Source: Kondoa subrosea (taxonomy: Eukaryota). From it: a stretch of 64,000 nt of DNA. Shown here one piece after another: positions 52,001 through 64,000 of the stretch. Position 1 is the first letter of the stretch. Every line of letters begins with the position of its first letter. The stretch spans positions 1,354,925 to 1,418,924 of the forward strand of contig BCIN01000004.1 of assembly GCA_039545335.1 (NCBI GenBank), in the 5' to 3' direction. The notes under the pieces were generated by a model, which saw only the letters and a list, made by a program, of their open reading frames with translations, did no database searches and had not been told where the DNA came from. Made by a program: the position numbers and the translations under genes.

Positions 52001-53342
52001 GCATCAGTCAGATAATTCAAAACCTCATTTCCAATGCTCTACGATTTTTGTACGGCTCCTCTTTGTCCTAATTGTCTTCATCGATACTGAAAAGCTTGTA
52101 TCAGGGAATTGAAAGAAGGCGGACGGCAGTGTATTATCACGGCGGATCTCCAAAGTTCTGTGCCCGAGTATGCACAGCTCTGCCTGCGTCGAACATCACC
52201 CGACAAAGCCTTCTTGGTCATCTCGATTTCGGATAACGGCTGTGGTATCGATGCGGATCGCGAGTTTTCTCTTAGTACTCGGATCTGTTGCTAACTTCAC
52301 GCTTTAAAGAAATAGCGTCGCTCTTTACTCGCTTCAACAGTATAGGAATGAAGCAGCTAGGATCAGGTGAGTGTTTACATATGTGGCGAGCGACGAGGAA
52401 ATAAGGCGCTGCTCAGGATTGGGCCTTTTCCTTTGTCGCAAGCTGTGTCATCTTCAAAACGGGGAGATCACAGTGTGAGATCTGTTTCGACGCATCAAAA
52501 TCACTTCTGACATAGAACAGGTCGAGTGCGCCTGGGAGAGGCACAACGTTCTCTTTTTATGTCGAAGTGGGACGTGCAGCGGATCTTGCGCTACCGTTCG
52601 ACTCCTTAGTGAAAGTCACATCGCCTCTAATGAAGCGGGAGATGCAAAATGTTCGAATGTGCGTATATCGTTCCGCAGGCATGAGTCTCTATACTGAGGG
52701 TCGCTCTTATTGGCTTCAGATTGGTGGTGGAAGATAATGCCATTGCAAGGAAACTTCTTTCACGGCAACTTGAAAGGGCCCACTTCTTGGTGCTGTCAGC
52801 AAGTAATGGTCAAGAAGCATTAGAGACTTTGCGGACACAAGACAATATCTCAGCTGTCTTATGTGATATAGGTTCGTACCTCTGAATAGTTTCTGAACGT
52901 GCTCGCGCTCACACGTCTCGGCGCAGAGATGCCAGGTCAGGATTCCGCAATCAGCTCCGAACTTGTCTGATACTTCTGCCATCATAGTCAAGGACGGCCT
53001 ACAAACAATACGCGAATGGCGAAAAGAAGAGCAGGCATCTCGACATGGTATTCGACTTCCGTTTTGTGCAATCACAGGTTGGTCATTTCCCTTGATATAC
53101 TCGATCAGTACTAAAATAATCACTGTAGGTAATGCCTTACAGGTATACGACAATTGAGAGCTCAGTCCGCTTCGTGCTTATGAGTCGCTGCAGGAACAGG
53201 CGAAGCAAGCACTTGCCGCTGGCATGGACAATTACCTTTCCAAACCAGTCAGTACTCTGGGCTTATCAGCGCCAGTGAAGACTGAGTTATCGTTCAGTAT
53301 TCTTTCGATGAAGTTACGGCATGGATCAATAGCGTTATATGA
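49023..53342 (+). CDS. Hybrid sensor histidine kinase (PAS-like/GAF/PAS - HisKA - HATPase - receiver)
   Basis: N-terminal MGELVLAHDWSKTRFGDIRGWSKPLR...YNNAY...HPALG sensor block; PAS IDNSPLGMLEW...YTNSRW; H-box INHEIRNPISAV; N-box QIIQNLISNALRF; G1 ISDNGCGI; G2 GSGLGL; receiver LVVEDN...LCDIEMP..DG...ITGNA...AGMDNYLSKP. Many introns. Confidence 0.92.
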
Positions 53343-53798
53343 ATCTCCAGACGTGCTAATAGCTTCGCATGGTCATCACACACTATAACAAACGCAACAG
53401 CAAACATTCGATGACCGAAAGACCTCACCTCACGCAATTAGATTCACATCATTAAAGGTCCCGCGCCATACACAACACGCAAGCAATCAAGAATTCTCAT
53501 GTATAAGTTTAGATGGGTTGTTCAGTGTAAATTTGTGTATAGATTGTACCGGGACATCTGTAAGGCAGCGCTCAGATCATCCAGCCTTACCGCATGCATA
53601 CACCGCGACAGACTCGACTTGCTTAGTCAGCAGAAAACTGAACGATGAATCGATGAAGTTAATGCAGCTTGTCTGCAGCCCACTCGAGCTTTGATTTCTA
53701 GTCAAACTGCCCATTACGTAGGCCAAGTGGTCTCGATCTTCTGGCCTCAGCTGCTTCTGCCTGACTATCTCTGCCAAACCTCGCAGCATCAAATATCC

Positions 53799-56700
53799 AT
53801 GTCGTCAAGAGCTGGAGGTCGATGGCATGCCAAGCGCAAGGCGATTCCACAAGGTATTAGAGCTCTTAGCTCAAGGACCAGCTGTTCATGACGTGTTACA
53901 GGTGGTGGAATCAGTCAAATGGCATCAAGCGAGCCGATTGCGAATGAGGTACTCGACGAAAGCGCTTCGAGGTATGTTTTCACTCAATAGAATATGTGTC
54001 TTATCATCCTACTATCAGGAAACGCGCCGCTTCTGTGGAATCGATCGATGAGCATGCTTTGGACGATCTTCAGCCAACAGCAGGTCCATCAGCTTTGGCG
54101 TCTCAGCCCGGCATACAGCCTCCCAAACCAAAGAAGGTGAAAGCCACACCTGCTAGCAAGACAAAGAAGGCCAAAGGCAAAGGGAAAGCGCCTGCTTTTG
54201 AAGCGACTCTGCCTTGGCCAGAGCACTTCAAGAAACTAGAGCAAGCCTTCAAGGTGCGCTGATCATACCATCCTGCTGGAAGATCCGATGATGTGCTCCT
54301 TACAGGCACTCAATACCGTCTATACTTTCTGTCAAGCTCGAAGACATCTTGCGACCACTTTCGAAAACCTCAAAACCAGCGTCGAAGGTCTCTTGAAGCG
54401 GTGAGTAGCATGAAAACTGTAGTAAGACGAGTCTGATGGAGACGGACAGTCCGCTCGAGGTCAATGATATAGCTCAGATGAAATCGCTCCTGCCTAGCTT
54501 AATCAATTTCGCCTACATCGAGCCAGAAACCCTTCGTGTACATTTACAAGGAGCAGAAACAAAGACCCAACAGAAAGAGGATGCCTTCGCTGCTGCTTCT
54601 GCTCCACCAACCAACGACGCGGAACAATCGGTTTTGTTCTTCCAGTTCAACGATGGAGAGCTAAAAGCCAGCAACAGAGGAGGGAAAGTTGTCAAGAAGA
54701 GAAACAGGTAATTACGGCAAGTCTGCTAATATTGTATGAGCTGAACTAAGGTTGCAGAAAAACGAAAGATGGCAAAGGCTACGAAGACATCCCCATTGTG
54801 CCTACTTTTTCGCCGGGGAACATGACAAAGATGATCGAGAAGCGAAACGAAAGATTCTCAGAGGCTGTCAACGAGCTTCTTGTAGCATGTGAAGTTCAGG
54901 TTGGTCGAGCTCAGCTTCGTACCGCTTACGAGCTGAGAGCGATAGATAGAATCAAGATGCGATCCAATTGCTCATTGCTGCCACAAATGACCATGTACCT
55001 GTAAAACCAGAATTGGCAGCTGGTCAAAAGACATTATCGACTCGTCAAGGAGATCTAGATTTCTTCCTTGCGAATCCGGATCACAGGCCTGCAATCGAGA
55101 CAATCTTGTCGGATATTCAGGACGAGGACTTTTACGAAGATCAGATCGTTCCTGGGGGTCATCGTATAGTAGAAAGTCGCGAAGCAATCTATGGTGATCT
55201 CGACGTACCGCTATCAGCAAATATAATGGACGCTCTATATGCCACTAAAAAAATCACTCGAGTCTACTCGCATCAAGCAGAAGCAATCAACCATCTGGAA
55301 CAAGGTCGAAATGTTATTGTTTCTACGTCGACCTCTTCGGGCAAATCGCTTATCTACCAATTGCCTGCCTTGACTGCTTTTGAAGCTGATATGGAGGCAA
55401 CTGCAATGTACATCTTCCCGACAAAGGCTTTAGCTCAAGATCAGAAGCGATCTCTGACTGAGTTATTGGGTTGCTGCGACGGTTTGCAAGGCATTAAGGT
55501 AAATCTTTATACCTATTGTCGCTTTACTTCGCTGATGTCTCACAGGTGGCTACATTTGATGGCGACACACCACAACAGGATCGTACCTATATCCGAGAGA
55601 ATGCTAGTGTTATCTTTGTCAATCCTGATATGTTGCATATTACCATCTTGCCGCGAGAAGAAGAATGGCGACGGTTCTTCAGCAACTTGAAGTTAGTTGT
55701 ACTTGATGGCAAGCTTGTTTCTCTATCGCTAATGCCGTACTCACGTATATTTGACGCAGAATTGCACATGTACACCGGTCTTTTTGGCTCGCACGTCGCA
55801 TTGGTCATGCGAAGGTAAGTTTGACATCTCGGAGCGTCAACTACTTCTTATTGAGGCGATCAGGTTGCGCCGCATATGTTCTGCTCTGGGCAATCATGGA
55901 ATCCGTTTTGTATCGTGCAGTGCCACGATAGCTAATCCTGCCAAGGTAAAACTACTCCAGTCTATAGCACCTTTGATAACTCATTCGATGGCTAGCATAT
56001 GCAAGCAATCTTGGGCGTCGGCGATGTTCATGTAGTCAGCGTTGATGGATCACCGTCTGGCCGAAAGGTATTCATCTTCCTGTGTTTGTAGAGCATATCT
56101 GAACTTTGATTCTAGGAACATATTGTCTGGAATCCGCCTTTCATAGACAAGGAAAACGTTACTCAAGGTCGAGTTCACACGATTTCCGAAGCATCAAGAG
56201 TCTTCCGCTTCTTGATGGACAGAGGTGTTCGATGCATAGTCTTCTGCAAGGTTAGTAGATACAGTTCTCGTCGATAGCGAAAGCTGATCAGAATACGAAG
56301 ATCCGTAAATTCTGCGAATTGTTGATGAAGCAGGTCAGAACGGATTTACTGACAGAGGGACGTAACGACATGGCCTCAAGAGTGATGTCGTATCGTTCTG
56401 GGTATAGTGCTCAAGTAGGTCTGAAGTTCAGAGCACACGATGCATGTTCTGAAAACCGTCAGGATCGCCGCGTCATAGAACAGCGCATGTTCAGGGGAGA
56501 GCTACTGGGAATCATCGCTACGACCGCTCTTGAATTAGGTATCGATATTGGCAGCCTGGATGCTGTGATAACGGTTGGATTTCCGTATACATTATCCGGT
56601 CTGGTCAGTCGGATTTTGGCCTAGTAATACACTTCTAATCCTTGGTATAGCGCCAACAAGCTGGTAGAGCTGGAAGACGAAACAAAGACTCACTTGCGAT

Positions 56701-58279
56701 GCTTATTTGCGATCCTTGGCCGCTAGATCAGCATTATGCGAAAGTGCCCAATGACCTGTATACAAAGCCTGATGCTGAACTCAGTCTCGATCTCAACAAC
56801 ACTCTGGTTCTAGAAGGTCATCTCCAGTGCGCAGCTGACGAGATGCCACTTCATCCGGTCGAGGACGAGATCTATTTTGGACCGTCCTTGAAAGAACTGT
56901 GCGAATCGAGACTGACAGTAGACGATGAAGGATTTTATCATTGTCATCCTCGATTCAAGCCAAATCCTGCAAGACATGTTCAGCTTAGGGTCACTGAAGA
57001 AGATCATTACAGTGTTATAGATGTTACAGAAGGCAGATACAAGCTCTTAGAAGAAACACAATGGTCTCGAGCTTTGTTTGAAGTCTATGAGGGAGCGGTC
57101 TTCATGCATCAAGGGAGTGGATACTTGGTACAAGAGATTGATCATACAACTCGGATAGCTAAAGTAGTCGAGGCAAATGTGGACTGGTCGACCAAGGCGA
57201 GAGACTTCACGTGAGAGATTTTCTACATTTGAAGAGCAGTGTTGACCAGTCTGCAGTGACGTTGATGCTGTCGAAGCATATAGAATCAGACAACTGGTCA
57301 ATTCCACCTGCAGAGCATACTATGGCAAAGTCAAGAGTAAGTGTTTCTATTGCTACCTTGACTAAGCTTATCAAGGGCCAGTCACTTCTATCGTCTTTGG
57401 CTACTTCAAGATCGATCGACGAAACAACATTCTCGATGTTGTCGATATCGATACGCCGCCGTACATTCGCGAAACTCATGGCTTCTGGCTGGACGTACCG
57501 CCAGAATGCATCAACATCCTCAACTTGAAGAACATTCACGTCGCTGCCTCTATCCATGCAGCTGAACATGCTTTACTAAGCCTGACGCCTATGTTCGTCA
57601 TGTCTGTTTCTGGTGATGTTCGAACGGAATGCAAGCCTCCAGAGAAGGAGTTTGCAAAGACAAAGAGCAGTCGCGTCAGGCCAGCCAGGTCAGTGCATCA
57701 TTGTTTCAGATTGCTCGTAGCTGATTCAATGATAGACTGACAATGTACGACGCATCTGGCAAGACTGCTGGAATATGTGCCAAAGCTTTCGACCGAGTCA
57801 ATGAACTGCTTTTGCAAGCACATACGAGTATAGTCAGTTGTCCTTGCCAAGATGGATGTCCTTCCTGTAAGCATTTCTTATGTTCCGGCCGCATGGAGTC
57901 TCACGTATAGTTTCCACCGATAGGCATTGCAAGCTCAGTCTGTAGAGAAGGCAACATCGTCTGTAGCAAGATCGGAGCTCAAATCGTCTTGGCTACATTA
58001 CTTGGGCATACAATCAATATCGATGCGATTCCAGAACAGCCGAAGTTAGGTGATGGACCTGGTCAAACTATTCAAATAGTCCCTAGCGTTGTGAGTCCAC
58101 AAGCCTTCATGCCCTTTCAGCTGACTGACGAAGGCTGTACAAAGCGGTCGGCTGATAACGCAACTTTCTATTCTGCGACGGGAACTCCTTTGGCAACTCC
58201 TCTGCCACCTATCATACCTGAGGAAGCTAATAAGGATCTGGCGTCGTCTTCAGCAGCGGGTGGTTTTGTTCAGTTTTAG
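53799..58279 (+). CDS. HRQ1: RecQ4-like helicase Hrq1 (DExH + helicase C + DUF1998)
   Basis: YSHQAEAI, STSTSSGKSLIYQLP, YIFPTKALAQDQ, VVLD|ELHMY, SATIANP, ATTALELGIDIGSLD, QQAGRAGRR, SIHAAEHA and CPCQDGCPSC. Confidence 0.95.
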
Positions 58280-58621
58280 ACTTTGGTTTCATCTCTCAAA
58301 AAACCCCGTAATGCCACGGCTGTGTAAGAATAGTGTATAGAAGATATTGTTGAGCAGCTGAGCCTCAGATAGAGCCTTTCAGATTCCGGTGGCTGACCTG
58401 ACTATAGATTCGCTTGAAACCTTGACCTTGAACCAAACTGTCATTTCGTCGCTTCTCGCCCAAGCTCTATCCTACGAACTCGGGTCGAACACTTCACTGT
58501 GCAGCAAGCAAGATTGACTAAAAGCAAAGCCCTGATTGGCCTTTTGGAACTCGAATCAGACGAAGCACAACAAGACTCCCATTCCTTTCGCCCTCTTTTA
58601 CCCATCTCAAGTCTTACCAAA

Positions 58622-59833
58622 ATGAGCGGTGGTATCGTGTTCCCTGGCGGCAACACCAACATGTTCGCCAACAACCCTTCCTACGCTCCTCAACCCAATT
58701 TCAGCCAACCTCCAGTTTATCAAGTCCCTGTCGTTCCTGTCAAAGCGACACCACCCCCACCTCCTCCAGCTCCTGTCGCTACTGCAGCTGCTCCTCATCC
58801 AGCTACCGCCTTGATCAAATCAGTTCAAGGCATCGTCCCGGTCTTACAGTGAGTTTTATCGGAAGACGTCTTCTCGATAAACTCTGAACATGGATTTGTA
58901 GAAACATCGTTGCGACAGTCAGTTTGGAATGCAGACTTGACTTGAAGACGATGTAAGTTTCCATTTTGCCTTTTTGACAATATATTAGAAGCCATGTTGA
59001 TTTCTTGTTTTGCAAAAATGAATAAAGTGCACTACATGCCAGAAACGCGGAATACAATCCAAAGGTGCTTTAAGCTCCCTCTCTCATCTGTCCTGGCTGT
59101 TGCCCTCTTGTGTTTCGCGAGAGAGAAGTAGAACTGCGAAAATGTCAAAGGGACATATAAGCTGATGCGAAAGATATTCTTTTTGCTTCTCTTTAGCGTT
59201 TCGCAGCTGTGATTATGAGAATTCGGGAGCCCAAGACCACGGCTTTGATTTTCGCTTCTGGCAAAATGGTGGTAACGGGAGCGAAAAGTGAGGACGATGC
59301 GAAATTGGCTGCAAGGAAATACGCTCGAATCATTCAAAAGTTGGGATTCGATGCTCAGTTCAAAGATTTCAAGATTCAAAACATTGTTGGATCTTGCGAT
59401 GTCAAGTTTCCAATTCGATTGGAAGGTTTGGCTTACAGTCATGGCAATTTCTCATCCTATGAACCAGAAGTAAGCGAAAACAGTGTTCTGCTATGCTAAG
59501 CTGAACGCAACTCTTGCGAACAGCTCTTCCCCGGTCTTATCTATCGAATGGTCAAGCCGAAAGTCGTGCTGCTCATCTTCGTATCGGGAAAGATCGTGTT
59601 GACTGGTGCAAAGGTCTTTTCATGCCCACGGATTAGTGCTATGATGCTGATGAGCGCGATGTAGTTGCGAGAGGATATTTACATGGCCTTCGATCAGATC
59701 TATCCCGTAAGTTCTTCGCTTGCTTCACTCTAGCCAATCTTACTCCGTCTTCAGGTATTGTCCGAGTTCAGAAGTAAGCTGTCATGGCTACAGTCTCTAC
59801 TCGTACTCATCAGTGCTCTCTGCAGAACCATGA
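58622..59833 (+). CDS. SPT15: TATA-binding protein
   Basis: [91 protein letters not shown]; ends VLSEFRKP. Confidence 0.99.
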
Positions 59834-60045
59834 GATGGTTCGGCTCAACATGTTGTCATGTACATATTCAAAGCTTTGCTCGTCTATAGTATCGCTTCTT
59901 CTACTCTTGTACCTTATTAGCATGTAATTCGATGAGCTGCTCTGCTCGGTGCAACACATCTCTTTCGCGCGCGATTTATTTGCTTGCAATTGTCAACACG
60001 AAACGTTGCTTGCCAGTCACCGAATCGAGCTGCGTTCACCATCGC

Positions 60046-61801
60046 ATGGTCAAGGATGATTTGCTGTCAGCTTCACTGAGCGGCACAGCTCTTCTGATCT
60101 TCTTGCAACTTGGATCTCGCTTGATCACTTTCGCACTCAATCAAGTTCTGCTACGCTTTACTTCACCTCAAGTATTTGGCACAGTCTCTATTCAGCTCGA
60201 ATTGCTGCTCAATACTATCCTCTTCTTATCACGTGAAGGTGTTCGAGGAGCTCTGCTTCGGTCGAAAGCTGGGAATGATCGACAGAGAATATACAATACA
60301 GCTGGACTGCCTCTAGTTCTTGGTGTTCCACTAGCGATCATCGTCTCTTACGCTTACAAAAGGACTGCATTGGATTCAGTCACTTCACAATCTCATTTCA
60401 CTACCACAGTTTGGCTGTATGCTGCTTCTGCTATTTTGGAACTATTGGCTGGTCCAATGGTCATTCTCTGTCAAAGTGATATGAACTTCCGATTAAGAGT
60501 CAGTATAGAAGGCATGGCTGTAGTTACCAAAGCCCTAACAACAATCGCTTTCATTGCTGCTTATGGTGAAGAAAGTGCTTTGCTTGGTTTTGCGATTGGT
60601 CAGATCATGTTCAGCTGCGTTATTGTGATGAGGTACGCTTGGGCTGGATGGAAAGATTCAGGTATTTCCCTTTTGCCTAAACGCTCAACGTGAGTCTTTC
60701 TTGCTTGTGTGTTCCCTTTTGGCTTGAATGACCGCTATACAGACCTCAAACATCATACTTTGACAAGTCTGCACTCAGCTTAGCATTCGCGCTTACCAAG
60801 CAATCGGTCGTGAAGCAATTCCTAACGGAGGGAGACAAGCTCATCGTTTCTCGCATCAGCGCAATAGATGATCAAGGCGGCTATGCTTTGGCTTTGAACT
60901 ATGGTGAGCGATGTCTTGCTTCTGCAAATTGCTCGCTTAAGGCAAATGGCACCGTTCGCAGGTTCTTTGGTTGTTCGCATTCTCTTCCAGCCAATCGAAG
61001 AATCGGCTCGACTTTACTTTTCAAAATTACTCGCATCCAGCAAGACTGCAGAAAAGCAAAAGATATCAGAAGAACATTCTTCCTCTGTTCTACTGAGTGC
61101 AGCCAACTTGCTTGCGACTCTTTGTCATCTTCACATCCTCCTCGGTCTATTCCTCTGCACAATATGTCCCTCTTATGTTCGACCACTCCTTTCCCTCGTT
61201 CTAGGTCAAAAATGGATCCAAACTTCCGCTCCGACAGTCTTACGTGCCTACTGCTATTTCATCCCCTTACTCGGTTTGAACGGAGTAACGGAAGCTTTCG
61301 TTTCTGCTATTGCCAACGAAAAAGAAGTAGCAAGCATGAGTTGGTGGTTATCTATATGGAGCTGTATATATATAGGCAGCTGTTTTTTATTGGCTGGATT
61401 CACGCAACAGAAAGAAGTTGGGTTGATTTATGCAAATATGATCAATATGGGTTGTAGGATCGGTTGGGCTGTTTGGTTTGTTAGGAAATGGTTCAATAGG
61501 AGAAGTAGAACGGACAAGAAGGAGTTGAGGCAGATTTGGGGGTCTATCATTCCGCCAAGATCGGTTCTGATGGTGTTTGGATTGAGCGGAATTGCTATTC
61601 GATCAACTGCACATACTTTCGGGATAAAGGAGCATTTGGCATTAGGCATTGCTTGTGGCTTGGCATGTGCCTCTACGATGTATGTCCTTCCTACGGCCCA
61701 TTATGCTATGCTAAAAATTACCGATTTGTTACATTGATAGCGCTATGACCGAACGCGCTCGACTACAATCCCTGAGGAACGCTCTCCGACCGACTTCGTG
61801 A
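60046..61801 (+). CDS. RFT1: Man5GlcNAc2-PP-dolichol translocation protein Rft1
   Basis: [91 protein letters not shown] and GLIYANMINM. Confidence 0.95.
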
Positions 61802-61810
61802 ATCGGTCAA

Positions 61811-62422
61811 CTACTCTTTATTCGCCATAGCTCCCCTGAGCTTTCTACTATCTTCAGCTTCCAGTTCGTCGTATATCGATGTATTGCTCTTTTTGCTGGC
61901 CAAAGAACCTCGAAATCTCCGGACTTGGATCGCATTGGGTGAAGGTAGTTGATCAATGAAGTCTTCAGTTTGCCATGGATCAGGTTGAGAAGACGGAGCC
62001 AACACTTTCGGACAGCGAGATATCAATGGAAGCGCAAGAAATGGATTAAGTGATAACTCACTGGTCGTTATCTTTGCTTTCGCCCTTTTCTTTCTCCATC
62101 TGTACACTAAGAAGCCGAGAAGCACAAGTAGAAGAGCTCCCGCGACAGATGCAACCGACGCAATAGTCGCTATTATCGGTACTGACAGACCAGAATACGT
62201 TGGATTGGTCGCAGACGTCTGGCGGAGAGCGAGAGTAGGAAAGGTAGGAAGGGAAGTAGAAGTAGATTGAGAGTAATATGATTGAGCTTCGATTACCGAT
62301 GCTGTAGAATAGTGTCTCTCTATTATCTACAAGCGATAGTCAGCCGACGGCATTCACTGTATTCAATTCCTTACTTTATGGTGATGCTGTTGCCTTGAAG
62401 CTTTCGCAATCTTGTCGAACAT
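61811..62422 (-). CDS. Small single-pass membrane protein (Ser/Thr-rich ectodomain, TM helix, basic stop-transfer)
   Basis: Two exons; ...STSTSLPTFPT...IIATIASVASVAGALLLVLLGFLVY-RWRKKRAKAK. Confidence 0.6.
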
Positions 62423-62711
62423 ATGACTTGACAAACGAATGTGAGTATTTCTAAAAGAGTGTGTTGATTTGATCAAAGTGAGCAAAACTTGAGAATGGAC
62501 ATGTACAGAAACAAAGGGAGAAAGGAAAGCGCAAAGCAGCGCACGACCACATTACAGAAGATAATGGAAATCATGGGAGAATTCGATTCTATCTACACAT
62601 GGCCAGCAAAGTACTAGCGAAGGTATGTTTCGTGACTGGATCCCTGGGTACGAATGTATTCAAAGGAAACATTTCGACAATATACTACTTCTGCAAGCCT
62701 GACGGATTTCG

Positions 62712-64000
62712 CTAATATGCCGAAAAGGTCAACAAAACCGAAGGTCCTTCTCTGGAGATATTGAAAGCTCCAGCACCGTTTGCATGATTGGCAGGCATGG
62801 AACATGACGCCAGCACTAGACAGACGATCATGGTTAGACATAACTTGAGAGCAGATCGAAGTACTTACTCTCGTTGATATCGACGGTCGCGAACTATCAA
62901 GTAAAATCATCAGTCAAGCTCTCGCTGTATAAAATGCAAAAAGGCTCACGTCCGCGTAGGTACTCAATAGCACTCTGTATACTTCTTGAGCAGTATGCTG
63001 GAACCGCTGAGTAGCTTCCGACAGTTGCAGGCAAGCTACGCCAGCACGAGCCTGTAGTGACGCACTCAGACAAGAATGAGCAAAGAAGGTTGGCGAAACT
63101 TACTCGAATGATATCGTTCCGACTTGGTGCTGCAGGAGCAGCAGCGGCTGGGTGTGACCATGTCTGATCTCCCCACATCGCACCGCCATACGAGGATGAT
63201 TGGAAAGAGGAAGATTGAGCTGGAGAAGAAGGACCATCTGATACATCGTCGAAATCATCCAATAATGCAGAACTGCCAAGTATTGGAGGAGGTGATGGGG
63301 ACCGGAGGCTAGAGCTAGAAGAGGGCACTGCATCGTCATCTTGCATTCTAGGGGGACCAATAGGTTGAAGAGAAGAAAGACCATTGACTTTCTCGTGCAT
63401 TGATGTTCTTCGAGCACCGATAGCTCCGGGTGTATTTGGCGGTTCTGCGCTGACTTTGCGCTGTACTGGCTGTGATCCAAGATTGAGTGCAGCCAAAGAC
63501 GAAGCTGCTGCCCCGATAGGCCCTGGAGCGGTCGAAGTAGAACGAGGAGGTGGACCAATAGGAGAGAGGCCGTTTGCTGGACTAGGGAAACCTCGTCCAA
63601 TCGGACCGGGAGAATGTAGAGAGGGCTGCTGCTGCTGTTGAGAGAAAGGTGCACCCAAAGAAGGCATGCCGTTGCCAAACTTGTTTGTAGGTGAACCAAC
63701 AGGTGACCCTATACCAATTGGTCCGAAGCCATTGACTGGTCGATTTGAAGAGATTGGAGAATGAGAAGGACCGGCGAGCGGAGGTTGCATTTGCTGATAA
63801 GAAGCAGCTGAAGGTGGACGTCCAAAAGGTATCTGGCCAGCTTGCATGCTCTGCATCGAGCGGGCTGAAGGCATTCCACTTGGAGGCATAGGTGGACGAA
63901 TTTGAGAAGTAGAAGCAGAAGGCGAGGTAGGCCCTCGGTAGCCTGGTTGAGGAATATGCATAGGCGGCATCGGACTTGGCATATTGGCGGAGGGCGGACG
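62712..64000 (-). CDS. NST1: 3' part of an Nst1-like stress response protein (5' end lies outside the window)
   Basis: Pro/Ser-rich region with repeated PIG motifs, then LGSSALLDD and a final DIIR|ARAGVACLQL block, as recalled from fungal Nst1 C-termini. Confidence 0.65.

Overview
This window is gene-dense eukaryotic DNA, about 45% GC, with many short (~45-60 nt) GT-AG introns. It is a fungal nuclear genome, most likely a basidiomycete; Pucciniomycotina-like is an inference. About 25 protein-coding loci can be built by splicing by eye. Recognisable genes: a UBA/ZnF/UBX Cdc48 adaptor, a secreted type-B carboxylesterase, an F-box protein, EMP65/TAPT1, COG7, a Hrp1/Musashi-like 2xRRM protein, an RTA1-like gene with a premature stop, VPS35, a mitochondrial bifunctional LKR/SDH (AASS), HOG1, two paralogous pyroglutamyl-peptidase-I-like genes, an Ish1/Msc1 repeat protein, a DUF1295 protein, a hybrid histidine kinase, HRQ1, TBP, RFT1 and the 3' end of an NST1-like gene. 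The most unusual structure is a ~6 kb block (36.9-43.5 kb) bounded by a ~410 bp inverted duplication of the Ish1 3' end. It holds two divergent pyroglutamyl peptidase paralogs, which differ by one intron, on either side of an orphan micro-exon gene with two zinc-finger-like motifs. Other leads are an orphan 7TM receptor-like gene next to HOG1, a tandem PAT-like GNAT protein, an orphan with three Ist1-type MIM-like motifs, and a long GC-AG intron in HRP1. I saw no rRNA, tRNA, CRISPR array or intact transposon. Exon boundaries and family calls come from manual reading only; no database search was run.
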